Assembly: GCA_964658305.1 (NCBI GenBank)
Contig: OZ210885.1
Coordinates: 25,358,001 to 25,422,000, forward strand
DNA length: 64,000 bases
Source: Leptogorgia sarmentosa
Lineage: Eukaryota
Direction: 5' to 3'
Positions 46,546 to 61,000 of this stretch are shown piece after piece (positions within the stretch are counted from its first letter, which is position 1; every line of letters begins with the position of its first letter). The notes under the pieces are model-generated. The model was given only the letters and a program-made list of their open reading frames with translations. It was not told the origin of the DNA and made no database searches. The translations under genes and the position numbers were made by a program.

Positions 46546-49500
46546 GGAGCACGGAGATCGCTAGATCAATAAGATTTAGAAAATAAGATTTCTGTGAGAA
46601 GACTGGGAACGAGTATGTTGAAATCTTAGGAAATCTGTCACGAAGAGTTACGAACACTGAGCTATTATTAATCTGGAGATCAGACACTCCACTGAAAGGT
46701 GTCGCCAAAAACATGGCGGATTTTAAGTCACACGTCCCCTATTCTCATGATGGTAATTACTGACCACAGTTGAAGTGTGTGCAGGTGCCATTTCCAACCC
46801 CCCCTGGATTTTACTGTTTGTTACTATATAAATATATATACTGCAGTGTTGTTTTGTTATTTTTTCAAAGAATTGAGATAAAGTATTAAAATTCTCTTAC
46901 ATCTCAAAAATATATTGTTGTATTTGTTGATGTACGGGTCTATAAATACAGAATGCGATTGATTAAAGAGGACAGAAATGGAGCTTACTGCTTGCCTGAC
47001 GGCCACCACTGAGCTATAAGAAGACGTTGTTTCAAGACGAAGTTGTTGTTTTATTGTAATAACCACTGATATCACCACTAAGTTTTGTATCTGTATGTAT
47101 TGCAATTTCATGTATATTCTATCGATGAAATTATTCAAAAATAAGTGCAGCATGTCAATATGAAGTGAAATGTATATATTTATAATGGTCTTGCTTGAAA
47201 AAGGTAATGCCACTATTTGATTGAACATTCAAGGAACAATTGCCTTTTAGATGCTTGATCTAGAATGTTTGATATCTGCATTTTATGCAATTCATATGTC
47301 ATTTTTATTTGCATTGAAGAATAATATTTTATCAAAAAATGTCCAAGATAATGATATAATATTTCAGGATATACAATAATATATTCACATTCAAATCACA
47401 ACAAAATTATTTTTTATTTTAAAACACATACAACACAAGTATGAGTAAACAAGTTGCTCAACCAATTCTATGGATGTCAATCCCCATTTGCTCAGCACCT
47501 AATTTTGCTGGCATATTGACTTTGATTAGCCAGCACAACTAAGAAATAAATACTTATGGAATTGTGTTCACTTTCTAGTTTAATTTGATGCTTTCAACTT
47601 CAAAATCAATGTGAAATGGTCCAGTTATGTGGCAAATGTGATTGCACTCATCAATTTGCATTCAAGAGAATTAGATATGCATAGAATTGATTGAGACAAA
47701 ATAAATATATTAATACATTAGTAATCAGATTAAATTTTAACTTACTTATTTATTATTTCCTTATTTATTATTTCAGCTACTGAACATTGGAGAACAAATT
47801 ATTAAAAACTATGTACAACAACTATTAACAAATGAATTAATTATATTAATTAGTTATTTAAAACAATATTATTGTTGAAGAAATCATTATTAAAACTTAG
47901 TTATTATTAAAAACAATGTCATGGCACCCATGCCAGTGGTGCACTGAACCTTGCTTCCTCCCATCTTTTTGGGGGCATGTGAATCTTGTATGGCCTTGCT
48001 TGCCACATGACCAGCATAGCATTCGTGTTTAATATTAATCAACAATAAATGTACTGTACATGTTTCACGAACAGTGTAATTGTAAAAATCTGGGGAAAAT
48101 AACCTCAAGTTTCACCCATGCAAGATTCCTACTGTGATGGCAGAAACTTTGATATTGTAAACTGGCCTTAAGAGACTGTTGTAAATAAATTTAAGCATAC
48201 ATACGACCTTTAACAAAACCTGTCTTAGCAGAAAAACATCTCGAACGATGTATAAGATAAATATATAATAAAATTTCCTTACCAGTGTGACGACAGTTCT
48301 TTGTTGTCAAAGGAGTTGTGACATCCGTAAACATAGCAAAAACGCGGCATGTTGATAATCAACAAAATTCAACGAAATATTGTTTTGAATTAAAAACTTT
48401 GACATGATGTTAGCTGGTATTTTAGTATTTTATTTTCAGACAGGGGAGTGAGAAAACTGCTCACTTTCGGCAATGTTATTTGGTCAGTGGTTAGTCCCCT
48501 GAAATAGGGGACTTACTACGTCATAATGACGTAAATTTGGCTAAAATCCGCCATGTTTTTGGCGACACTATTTTGTACGGCGTGGTATTACGACCTGATC
48601 TCCAGATATATTAAGTATAGCTCAGTGGTTACGAACAACAGTCGAACATTTCGAGTCAGCAACTAAGTGATCAAAGGAGTGTGCTTGGTCATTAAATAGA
48701 ACAGTATAATATAAAAAAACAGGATAAACTGCTGTTCAGATCATTATTTTGAAGAATTGAAGGTAACGACACTGAACATTTTTATTATTTTAAAATAAAT
48801 ATCTTATATCTACGACTGAAAATCTGAAACAACATTATTATGCTACAAAATAATATACATTCAATAGAATTCTGGTTAATTTCTGGTTAATTTCTATTTC
48901 CATGTTATACCCATTAGGCCATTACTGAGTACTGACATTGCACTGTACCTAAAATACTATGTAATACAAACTCTGATGTTACATGTAAAGCTAGGCTCTG
49001 TGTACCACTGTACCATTCGATTGGAAAAAACTCTGCTTTGCTTTAAATTTTGTTGTGATCAAATCGAACTTTAAGGCACTAAATGGCTTTTAAACATACA
49101 TATATAGGTTTTATATCTAGCTCTCCACACTTAGTCTACCAACTTGCCAACAAAAATGGCATGGCTTTACTTGAAACATCAAATTTTATACATATACTTT
49201 GCTATGGCAAATAAGCCACAGTCCACAAATCCTGCTTGCTTCTGGCAGCACCTGAGTTTGACTTCCAACAGACAGGCTTTGGCAAGTGTCTTGTACATGT
49301 ACACTAACTGTTGACTCAGGGGAGATGTCATGCCAGGATGTAGGGAGTCATAGACGATTGCTGATTGTCCATGTGACTGAGAAACAAGCCAGTGTCCTGG
49401 AAGGTTATGGATCTGGATGATATTCGATGGATAAGGTGCCTGGTGAGTCTGTAGCCATTTTGTTTGATACTATTAAAGTATCTAACAAGCTGTTGACATG

Positions 49501-52500
49501 GGGGAATTGTTTTTCAAAAGAATTTGTGCTGCATTGATGTGGTTGTCATTCAATAATTTCCCTTCAGCAAGATCAGCTTTAACATCTAACGCACTCGAAC
49601 AATCGCATGCAATATGTTTTTTGGAGGGTGTAGCTCTGTTGGAGAGGGGTCAGGCTGCTTCGTTTTCTCGTCCAGCCGGGTTCCGATGAACTCCATTCTG
49701 CGCAGCTGTGTTCTAGGTAGGAGATCCTTTAAGCCATCCCAGCATCCCGACTTGACTCACCTCAATGATGCCGAGAATTCACCTCTCCATAAAAACAGAG
49801 CTACCGTCACACCATAGGTGGAGACGAACATACGTATGACTGGCCGAAAAACAATACCAGAAATTCTTACCTGATCAACCAGCCACTTGTGGCACATAGC
49901 AAGCAAACACCAACCACTTACCGAATTACCAGCAAACTCTGACACCAATGTAGACTAATCACCCAGACTAGCCAGGGAGCACACCCGACAAGCGGGTGCG
50001 GCAATCTACACAACAAATACACGAGCAGACCGAGCTGGTACAACATGACAGACTACAACTAGCCCCCTAACACCCGGGACACAAGATAACGACACATAGA
50101 ACAGACAGGCACGGCACTGCACAGTACGGCACAAACAATACTACAGGACAACACGCAAGGACAAGCAGACGAACAATAACAAGTCTGGGATCGGGTGCGT
50201 ACCGGGCCCCATCGGCAGGCAGCCGAGTAGCTGTGACAAGACCCCCCGGCAAGCATCCAGAGACAGTGGTCGTCCTGCATGCAGCAAGCAAGCTGCAACG
50301 ACATGCGACCACCAGAGTTCGGCAGCGCCTGCAACTCTAACAGCCAACCCGTGCAGACAAGCAGCCTGGCGACACCGGCAAGCAGCCGGGCAATTTCCAG
50401 CAAGCAGCTGGCGCAACCCAAAAAAAAAAACCCCTAAGGCCTACTACCCACCACCCTCAGGGCTGGGAGGGAGGGGAGAACTCAAACGCACGGTGTGAGC
50501 AGCAATAAGCAACTGAGCCCCGCACACGCAACTCTAACCAGCATACAAGACCTCCCTTCTGATAGGCCTAAACGCCTGCCTACGCAGCCGCATATGTGCA
50601 TAATTACATATCATTACCAACCCACAACAACTCGTGCTTGATGTTAATTAATTTTATTGCATAAACACATTTAACATCTAACGCACTCGAACAATCGCAT
50701 GCAATATGTTTTTTGGAGGGTGTAGCTCTGTTGGAAAGGGGTCAGGCTGCTTCGTTTTCTCGTCAAGCCGGGTTTTGATGAACTCCATTCTGCGCAGCTG
50801 TGTTCTAGGTAGGAGATCCTTTAAGCCATCCCAGCATCCCGCCTAGACTCACCTCAATGATGCCGAGAATTCACCTCCCCAATGCCATCCTCCAGCGAAG
50901 CTGGAGAAAGACCTCACACTATGTGCCACGCCGTCTGGAGAATAACTTGGGGCGGAGTCTGGAGCGGACAGCGCGGAGTGAAGGACGTTCATCAACCGAT
51001 TGGTGACAGGAATACGTGTTAACGCCGGCGACGATCGAGAGCGGCGGATGCCACGAAAAGTCTGGCCAATCTGGTAGCCCCGCGGGTGGGATCTGGAGCT
51101 CCAAAGTCAATGTGCCATGAACGAACTGCAGCAATATAAGATGAAACCGACGATGGAGCTAAGTTCCGCGATTGGGCCAGCCAAGTCGCAAATAACATTA
51201 ATAACCACTCAGAGGACAGGAAATACGGCAAGGATAACGACAAACAAAACTGGAAGTAGGCACATTGACCAGCAGCATACACACGACGAGTGGAGGGCGC
51301 TAGACCCTGGGCCAAAAAGCCAAAACACTGGTCAATTAATAGGGTGGTACCTGACTCGATAATAGCGACGGAAGGATTGAGAGAGGGAGTTGATCGGACT
51401 GAGGAGCCATACGACGGAACTCCTGTAGGCGCAAACAAGACAAGGCATCAGCAGCAGAATTATCTCGGCCAGGGGTGTGGGCAGCTGTGAACACGAAATT
51501 ATGGTGGCAGGCCTGAAGCGTGAGCAACCGCAACAAATGCATAACGTCTGGCGACCGGGACGTGCCAGGATTCAGCACACTCACAACGGCCATATTATCA
51601 CAGAAAAACTGCACGCGAAGGCGAAACCACACAGGCCCCCACAAATGCGCTGCGACGACGATGGGGACTAATTCCAGGAAAGCAATGGACATGTGTGAGG
51701 GGAGAAAAAACCATGAGCTGCTAAACCAGTGAGTGCGCCAGAAGGCACCAAAACCGCACGAACCGGATGCGTCGGATGACACAACCAAATCAGGTAAGGG
51801 GGTAACCGAGGGAGACAGGAAAAAGGACAACCCATTCCACTCTTGGAAGAATGACAGCCACCAATGCAGATCCCGCCGAAATTCCGCATTTAAACGAATG
51901 GGGTGGTCGCGATGACAAAAACAGCACAACAAATCAATCATGCGGAGGAACGTACGCCCAGGAATAACAACGTGACAGGCATGATGCAGGGACCCAATCA
52001 AGGACTCCAAGTCACACCGAGAGCACGTCTTCTTTCGAGACCAAGATTGGAGCAGTCTGAGGATACGATCCACTTTATCCCGCGGCAACAGCGCGAACTG
52101 CTGCACCGAATCCCACTCAATACCAAGAAAATACTAACACCGAGGATGGACCTTCACACTTTTGCAAATGCAACGGCAGCCCATTGGGTGAATTGGCGGG
52201 CCCCATTGTCAAGAAATCGTCCAAGTAATGGAACAACGGGCTGACGGCATAATTATGCACCAAGATCCAGTCGACGGCGTCAGCCACTGAATTGAAAATA
52301 AACCTGCCATACGCTGTTCCAATAACTCGGTAGAGAGATACGCGTCCACTACGTCCGGGTGATCCGATGCCGATCGCATATTGGACGACCGCGAACGTAA
52401 CGAAACCCGACCAGGCTCCCAACCAACCCGGAACCCATACCAAATCCTGTCCAAAACATAGTGCTTTTTTGCCGGACGATACGCCTCCAATTCGCGAGTA

Positions 52501-54326
52501 AATTCCGCTAGAACCAGAGGGGTTACAGTAGCAACAGGAGAGTTGATGTCCTGAGGACTACGGCCTAAACAAACAAAACAATAGCGAAAACACAACATGG
52601 CCCCCATCCCATGTGAATGCATGCAGTAATTACCATAACACTGAGCACAGTGCCGTAACGAAAACATGTAATCTAAGACATTATACGTATGCAACAACTG
52701 TACAGTACCCAGCAGGTACAAAGTTATGAAACACACTAGTCCCAGGCATTAACAATGCCCGTAACACACAGTGTCCCCCGCGACCCCAATAACATGCACG
52801 GGCCTGAAGCCCCTAATGTTGAACACTCGAATTAAGAGCATGTAACTCTTTTTCTTTTTGTACATGTGCCCGCAATAGCGGTCCCAGACGTCGCAAGCAA
52901 ACCCGTCCCAATGCAGGCCTAACAGTCACGTGGACGAGGGAAGGGGGCTGTCGATGGAGGAGGACCGACTGGCCCTGTTGGAGCAAGGAGGGGACCAGCA
53001 GGCGCACCCGATGACTGGATAGGGCAATGAATATGACGATGACCGGTGCGACACCGAGGCACATCGCAGACATGAAGATACCGACACACGGCACGAGACG
53101 CTACGCACCAGCCTAAGTTCCACGAACGACAGATCGTGGTGCCAAACTGGGCCCCAGCACTCTCGCGGGAAAGAGGTCCTGACGACGTTGGCACTACCCG
53201 GGATGTGGAGGCCGTGTGGAAGTTGTACAACTCCACATGCATGCCGGACCAGTCGACAACACGGCGCGCCGCGGCGTCACGGCGTCACGGCGAAATACCT
53301 CATCGTAGTTGTACCAGGCTAAACCGCCAAACTGCGAGTGCGTGCGTAAAATTAGCAGCTGGTATCGAATCAGGTCAGCTGCCCGATGTGGCGCATACGT
53401 AACCATGACAAGCATATAAATAGCAAACGCTTGTAACCACTGAGCAATATCAGTCAAACGTCGCGGCGGCTTGGGAGCTGTGGAAACCACAACCTGCCCA
53501 TCAACGCAGATCAAGGGGGAGGTCAACCGAACTTCCGAGGGCTTCGCTAGCAAGGTAGCCAAGTCAATATACTGACCCGATACAATGTTTGACACCATCT
53601 TATCCGGGATGGGCAAAAACCCAGGGCCAACCACAAACGAAGCAGGCTGCGAACGCGCCGAAGGCAACAACATACCTGGTACAGGAACCCCAGCAGCAAG
53701 GGGATTGATCAATGGGTTGGCCAGCGGCGACGGGTCACGAGAGCAGCCCTGACTGGGTGCCAACAACAGCGACGAGGGCAACCCCGGAGCAGCCTGGAGT
53801 CTTGCAACTGACGCCAACTCTCGACCGCGAGCCTGCACCTGGGCACAGCATTAGCATGTGCTTGGGCAGACGCCTGCAACATCGCTTGGGCCTGAAGGGT
53901 AGCCTGCGCCTGAGCCCGTTCTTGAGCCATCGCCTCCTGGAGGATGGGATCTTGGCAAGTGGACGCCTGCTGAAGGATGGTATTTTCTGGCAGAGCAGGC
54001 ATCGTGACATGAGAGGAAACTGGGGGGAAACAAAATGGCGGCAGAACTGCGGACAACGAAGACGAAAAAGAAGGCCTCAAATTCAACACATTTGGCAGGC
54101 TTATCGCCGAAGTTGCAATGGGAGGCACTCCACCAGACGTAGGCCAAGGATTCGGCGGCTGATAGGGGATCGGCAGCCACGTATGCGATTCTAAACTCCG
54201 ACCAGACGACGGCCCTGAAGTAGCCGTAAGGGACGAAGACCACGCACTAGAAGCGGTAGAACTCGATGGCACTAACACAGGGAGCGGCGACGTAGAAACA
54301 GCAGCCATACTGGACGGCGAAAGCGC

Positions 54327-54674
54327 TATGACGTTATATATCCGCCAAAATTCAAGTTCTTATTTGACATGCCAGTTTTTGTATTTTACATAATGGTCAA
54401 AATATTTATATTCGACATTTAACATTTTTTAATTCGACATTCGACATTTTTAAATTCGACATTCAACTTTCTTAAATTCGACATTCAACTTTCTTAAATT
54501 CGACATTCAACTTTTTTAAATTCGACATTCAACATTTTTTGAATTCGACATTCAACTTTCTTAAATTCGACATTCAACATTTTTAAATTCGACATTCAAC
54601 TATCTTAAATTCGACATTCAACATTCGAAAATCCAACCGCAATCCAATTCTAACTATGTAACGCTGGCTCAAAT
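54327..54674 (+). repeat. Left TIR with ~22-bp tandem subrepeats (AAATTCGACATTCAACTTTCTT)
   Basis: Reverse complement of 63221-63583. Confidence 0.95.
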
Positions 54675-54788
54675 TGAGACGGAGGGCAGGCCACTGGGGC
54701 AGGCTAACAAGAGCGTGGCTACACTGAAACCACAAAATTATACTATTATTTTTTTGATATTAGAAAGCAATGTTAAATTGAATACAAA

Positions 54789-57373
54789 ATGGAAAGTGCA
54801 GCGTATTTAAGAGATATAATATTTGATGTTATCAATGCAATCGAGGTGTTCGAAAATTCTGGAGCCCGTTCATCAGATTTGCAACGTTCAATCACGAAAT
54901 TAGATTATGTTCAACGAATGGCAGTTAACCTGGAAATGGATGAATCCATTATTTCATTGATTGGACAGGCATACAGAATGCTTGAACAAATAGACGACAA
55001 CGATTCAATCCAAAATACGTACAGAGCGTCTTTGAATGAAGGGCAACAACGCGGGAGGCCTTCATATAATATAAGTGAAGAACAGCTCTCATTCTTGCTT
55101 GAGAAGGGATTTCAAGTGAAGGATATAAGTGCTATTCTCGGAGTGAGTAGTCGTACTGTTGACAGGCGTATGTCAGCTTTTGGATTAAGTGTGTCAGGTA
55201 CATAACATAAGGCTATTATTTTGTCAAGTAAGATTATATACAAAATACAAATTAAGATTAACTCAAACCAAGATTTGAAAGATAAAATTTACATGTCCTT
55301 GCACCTCCCCCCCCCCCCCCCCAGGACTTACACCCCTGTCCATCGTTCAAAATCCAATGGTTCACAGAGGTTAACCCAATTAAACCACCATGTCCCCAAA
55401 TGCACCCTACTTCGTATTTTTAGACAAGTCCTCAAGAGGAAAGTCTTGTGTTTCAAGGGGTTAAACACTTGGTAGTTACTCAGTAATAGTGACTTTTTAA
55501 CATGATAGTGAGTAACATGATCCAGTACCTGCTTTTCTTCATGACATACCGTAAATGTTAATTATTAAGAAGTGTATTTCAATATTAATAATTAAAAAGG
55601 GATGTACAGTACCATTGGTGATGAACGACTAGATGAACTTGTAGCCACTGCTACAATGCAACATCCAGCATGGGGGATAAGAATGGTGAAAGGTTACCTA
55701 ACAAGCATGGGGATAAGAGTCCAGTGGAATCGGGTAAGGCGGTCATTGCTACGCACAGATCCTGTTGGTCTAATGCAGAGATGGACAAGAATGATCAAAA
55801 GAAGAGAATACCGAGTAAAGTATCCACTATCTTTGTGGCACATTGATGGCCATCACAAGTTGATAAGGTAAATTATTATTTATATTTTGTATACAAATTA
55901 GAGTACAATTACATTCCCACAAGCCAAACTAACTAGTTCAAGACCCCGTTAATTGGTAGGTAGTGTGCTTATGTTCCCCACTTTATATTTATACTCTAGC
56001 TAATTGTCAGACAATTTTGTATGTCAATGTGGAAGGCTTGTTCACATACTGAATTACAAATGTTAATATGCATATTCATTGTTTTACTTATTTACTTTGA
56101 ACACTTTCTACTATGTTACTAGGTGGCGAATTGTGACCCATGGGGCCATAGATGGATACTCTAGACTTCCAGTGTATCTCAAAGCATCTAGCAATAATAA
56201 AGCAGAGACGGTCTTTCAATGTTTTCAGCAAGCTGTTCGTGAATACGGATTACCATCTAGGGTTAGGTCAGACAAAGGTGGGGAAAATGTACAAGTTTCT
56301 GCCTACATGCTCAACCAACGAGGTACTGGTAGAGGAAGCATGATAACAGGTGATTTTTTTCATGTTATTGCAGCAGAGTATTTTTCTGAAAAGGGTTCTT
56401 CACTTATTCTCATTAACGCATCAACTTGGATTGCATTGCCATTGCGCCGCATGTGCGCAATTGTCAAAGAAGGTTTTGCAACTTGATATGTTAAATGGCA
56501 ATGTGTGTTTATTGACCTCACATGATACTTGTTAAGGGGAATATTTTGTGCATTAAATGTGGTAAAAAAAAATGGTTATAGATATTTCTAACATAAAGTA
56601 TGCACAGGTACCAGATAGATATTTATTAAGCAACACACTGTGGTTTTAGTTATGAGATGGCATGTATTGTAACTATTAGAAATAAATTGTTAGATAGTTA
56701 TTCTAAGGTACATTTAATAAGAACATGTTCTTACTGTTGCAGGAAAGAGTACACATAATCAACATATAGAACGGTTATGGCGTGATGTATTTGGTGGATG
56801 CATTAGCTTTTTTTATGACTTGTTCTATCATTTGGAAAACCAGCTCACATTGGATCCAAATGAAGAAGCTCATTTATGGTGCCTCCACTACGTATTCCTG
56901 GATATAATTAACCAACACCTTAGGAATTGGCAAAATGCTTATATATATCACCCATTAAGTTCTGAGAATAATAGAACCCCAATGCAACTATGGGTGCAAG
57001 GTCTCCATCAAGCAAGAGGATCTGGTCGTGCTGAAGATATGGATTTTCAGGTGAGGATTGATGCTCATTTTTAGGTAATATCAGTAAAATTATTATTTCC
57101 ATGTACAAACTAAATGCCACATAAGTATATTTTTTATGTATTTTGTAAAATTTGATTCGCATGTTAATACTGTAGAGTGATCCCAATTATTATGGTGTTG
57201 ACTGGGCTGGACCAGTTCCTGAAACTGAACCTGATACCGTGGAAGTTCCAGATACGCATTGCCCCTTTACCAATGAACAACTTAGACAGTTGCCACAAAC
57301 AAATGGTATTACATATCTTGATGGTATGCAAATTTATGAACAAATACTTGCTATGTTACCATTGATGTATTAA
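54789..57373 (+). CDS. IS3/integrase-type DDE transposase, 5 exons, ~469 aa
   Basis: Exons 54789-55197, 55600-55867, 56123-56349, 56743-57050 and 57176-57373, all GT-AG, 1410 nt, no stops. HTH ISAILGVSSRTVDRRM; triad WHID, RVRSD, STHNQHIERLWRDV (D-34-E). Confidence 0.92.
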
Positions 57374-57630
57374 ATTGCAAATATGAAATATTGTAAACAA
57401 ATAGGGTCATCTTACAAAACTTTAACTTGTAACTACTGTAAGAAAGAGCAAGCTCTCATAAGGTTAAAGTGCACCTGACCCCAACATTTTTAGTTGTCTT
57501 AAGGCCTGTTCATGTGATCCAATTTTGTCAAATTCAATTGTGTTGGGTCCAATAATTAATCGCATGAACACCCTTATATTTTGTCGGATCCACTATTTTT
57601 GTTCCAGTGAACGTGCAAGGAAATTTACCT

Positions 57631-57830
57631 TTACAGCAGTTTCACGTGATTTGCGACCCCCATCATAAACGTTCGCTGATGTAATGTTTGTTTTTGACAT
57701 GCGGCATCAACTGATGTAATATAAAGTGTTAGTTGGTAGCCCTGCACCAATGTCAAAAACAAACATTACTTCAGCGAACTTTTGTGAACTTTTGTGTTGG
57801 GGGGTCGCGAATCACGTGAAACTGCTGTAA
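57631..57830. repeat. Inverted repeat / MITE between the convergent 3' ends
   Basis: TTACAGCAGTTTCACGTGATTTGCGACCCCC ... GGGGGTCGCGAATCACGTGAAACTGCTGTAA. Confidence 0.8.
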
Positions 57831-58098
57831 GGGTGTTCATTACCACACTTTAACATAAATAAAACTTTTGACACCTATGGAACTAAAACGGAGCTCCAAT
57901 TAGAATATGGCAATTCCAGGTGCTAATATTTGCAGGTTACTGTTGAGGGCGTTGAACTAGTGTTACAACATTTCTAAGGACAAGTGATATTTTGCTATCA
58001 TGTTTCTCAATCATCCAACTGAACAAAACATCAAAAAACTAGTCTGTTACTTGACAGAACGTTTAACAAAAATAGAATTCAAAGGCACAGATCTGATT

Positions 58099-61000
58099 CT
58101 ATGAGAATTCGAACCCTTTTCCTCCGTACATGAGGGCGATATCCATATACTTTCTGAAATCTTCATATTTCTGGTATCTAGTTGGAATTGTAATACCCAT
58201 GAAGCAGGTTTCTGCCATTGGCAGCTTGCACTCTGCATCAAATTTGGCCAATAGAAGCTCGTTATTATATCCAAGTGAAGTTCCTGCTGTCCAAAAACTG
58301 ACCAGGTCAACCAACTTGGTACAACCTAAAAAATATTAAACAGAATAAATTGTGGAAAGATGAGGAGGGACACTAACATGTTGGTGAGGTATATGTAAGG
58401 TGTCATGGAATAGTTAACAAAAAATCAATTGTCAGTTTGCTTTACCTGTTGCTCTAAGCTCTATTTCTTTAATGCAGCTAACAAGAAATTCAGCTGTCCT
58501 CTTGTTTTCTTCACGTGCTTCTTTATTTTCAAACACCAGTACGTCCAATACTGTTGTTGCAAGAATATTTCTCTCATCATCGGTAGGGAACACTACGTTC
58601 TTTAGTAACAGCACTCGCTTAAGAAATGATGTTAAAGAAACCTCTTCCATACCTGTAGGACATTCAATTTATTAAATTAATTAAGAATATATCGCAAGTA
58701 CATGAATAGGGAATAAACTTACTGTACACACAATTTCCACGAAAAATTTTGCTTTTATTTCTTTATTAACATCGTTTTTACATTCTTGTTTGGCTTGTCA
58801 GGCATAAAATATATTCCTACAATTAAGAGAAAAACAAAAAAATATATACCTTTTGCCAACTCTTCTAACTCATGTCGCCTTTTGTCAAGGACATGATACA
58901 TCATAAGGCTGTCGATAGTGATCTTCCTTTCGGAATTCAACTCATCCGGATCCAAACCAGCTTCCAACAAGTACGGTTCTAACGCGCTTTTCAACTCAGC
59001 ATCAACTGCTTTGTCAATTGGCAAGCTATCCAACTATATTAGATAAAAACGGTTGTATAATCATAACTTATAGCTAATCACAACTTATAGCTAATCACAC
59101 ACCAAATCAACCTGTATTAGACTTAATAAAATTTATATTATTTTAAAAAAGAAGTGGAGCATTTATTACCGTTGCTATCATATTTCTCAGCTCTAGGTCA
59201 GGCAAATCTTCAAGGGTAAGAGGTAATGACTGTGTCTCTGCTGCACTCTTGTCAGTTGCCATGTAACACTTTACTGCCGGTGATACACCATGCAAACCAG
59301 GACCACCGTGAAGTATTGAGTGTCCTAGCATTTTTCCAAGAGCTTTAAACATACCGGTTAATCTTAAAGACTGATTATGGACAGGGACGCGATGATCCTT
59401 TTGGCCTTCGAAAAATAATATTTTTTTAGAACCTGATGAAGACACGCCCTCATCTAAAATGTTCATGGCGATCGATAGATATTCTCGAACTGGTCCACTA
59501 CCAACCGCGTCTTCTTCAAAGCGAACTTTCACACCAACTCTTAAATTTGTTTTTGGGTTCTTGTAAACGCCGATCACCTCCTTCTCTAGTTCGTCAATTC
59601 CATCAAGCCTGCTGACAAATATTCTTTGCTGAGGTTTGTCCTGGATTATATTTTCCTTTCTAAATAGCTCTAAAGCAGCTTTAGGAGAATCGATTTCAGT
59701 GACGTCTTCAAAGGGAGAACGAAGTAACTGATCATCATTGACATTGTTTGACCATTCATCATCTACATTAATTACATCTAGTAAAAGAATAAACAAAACA
59801 AAAAGTGAAGTCATTATATATTCAGTGTATATTTTGTTTGCTCTCAATAATTTCTTACGGTTAGCTTAACGGTAGTGCAACCCCTAACAGCAAGAATTTG
59901 GCTCTGTTCTGAAATTATACCGGCATCATGTGTATACGGAGTATGTGATGGATTGTTTTGATTATAAATTTTCCAGATGATAATATTTATTAATCTAACA
60001 TGATTCATTAAATGAGTATTTAACAGCTGCATCATTCAAGATTGCAACTTCAGCAGATAAAATTGGAACCTATTGAGATGTAATTGTTTTACAAAGATTT
60101 ACATACAACTTACACCTTGCTCATATACTTACGTCTTACCTGGTAAAAGATTTTCAACAGCTTCTGCAACATCTCCATTTGCAGAAGACAATGCATTCTG
60201 GATATCTCTAGTAGTTGCATCAGGTACAATCTCTTGTATTATGGTTTCTGACAAACTAAATAAACATATTCAACAAACCATAAGACATACTGTACCAATA
60301 ATTATAATACCTAAAACAGTCTCAGGGCACTACAATATTATGCCGCATTACTTAAGTCTGCATTTTCCATTTAAACAGATTTCAAAAGATATTACAGTAC
60401 TTATAATGGCAATGAGGACGTACCAATTTGCATACAGTACGAACACCATTGTCTGACCACCTTGTAAAGAGTTAAGAAATAAACTTTGTGATCTTAAAGA
60501 AAAAGTCTATAATGTTATTGTGCGTACCTATCATGTCTTGTACTTTCTTCAACGGTAGTTTGTCTTTGCTATACGACTCAGAAGAAATATCAAATATAAA
60601 GTTGAGTTTTAAATTATACATAGCGTCTATGAGTATATAACACATCTCTCATAGCTCAACCTCGTACCCATGCCACAGAGTAAATAATAGATACAGAGGT
60701 CGAACTAACCGTTGTAAACACTGCGGAAGATTACATTTTCATGTACCCACCTTTTTTAAACGCCAACGGTAAAAAAATACACCATACGCATCCCAGGCAT
60801 GACATATCAGTTGTCAATATACTATATATGTTTTTTTTAGGATCAGTTGTCAATATACTATATATGTTTTTTTTAGGAAAACATATATAGTATATTGACA
60901 ACTGATACGTCATGCCTGGGATGCCTATGGTTACGCGAGCAGTTTCATCCAATGGGATGCATGCATTTAGTAACTTGCCGAGCATGCACACGAAAAAAGT

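Noticed and set aside
46640..48640. Degenerate inverted match GTGTCGCCAAAAACATGGCGGATTTTA at ~46700 and ~48540
   Set aside because: Probably an old non-autonomous element; no coding remnant or clear termini.
50059..50421. Overlapping Cys-rich ORFs in the Ngaro spacer
   Set aside because: No recognisable motif; open frames are expected in GC-rich, low-complexity sequence.
54420..54630. Regular ~22-bp repeats resembling a CRISPR array or iterons
   Set aside because: No unique spacers and no cas genes; the array is mirrored in the right TIR, so it is a subterminal transposon repeat.
59844..60070. Possible extra HECT exon (AG acceptor near 60070, ORF 59844-60035)
   Set aside because: It hits a stop in the required phase, while 60140 splices directly and in frame to 59777.
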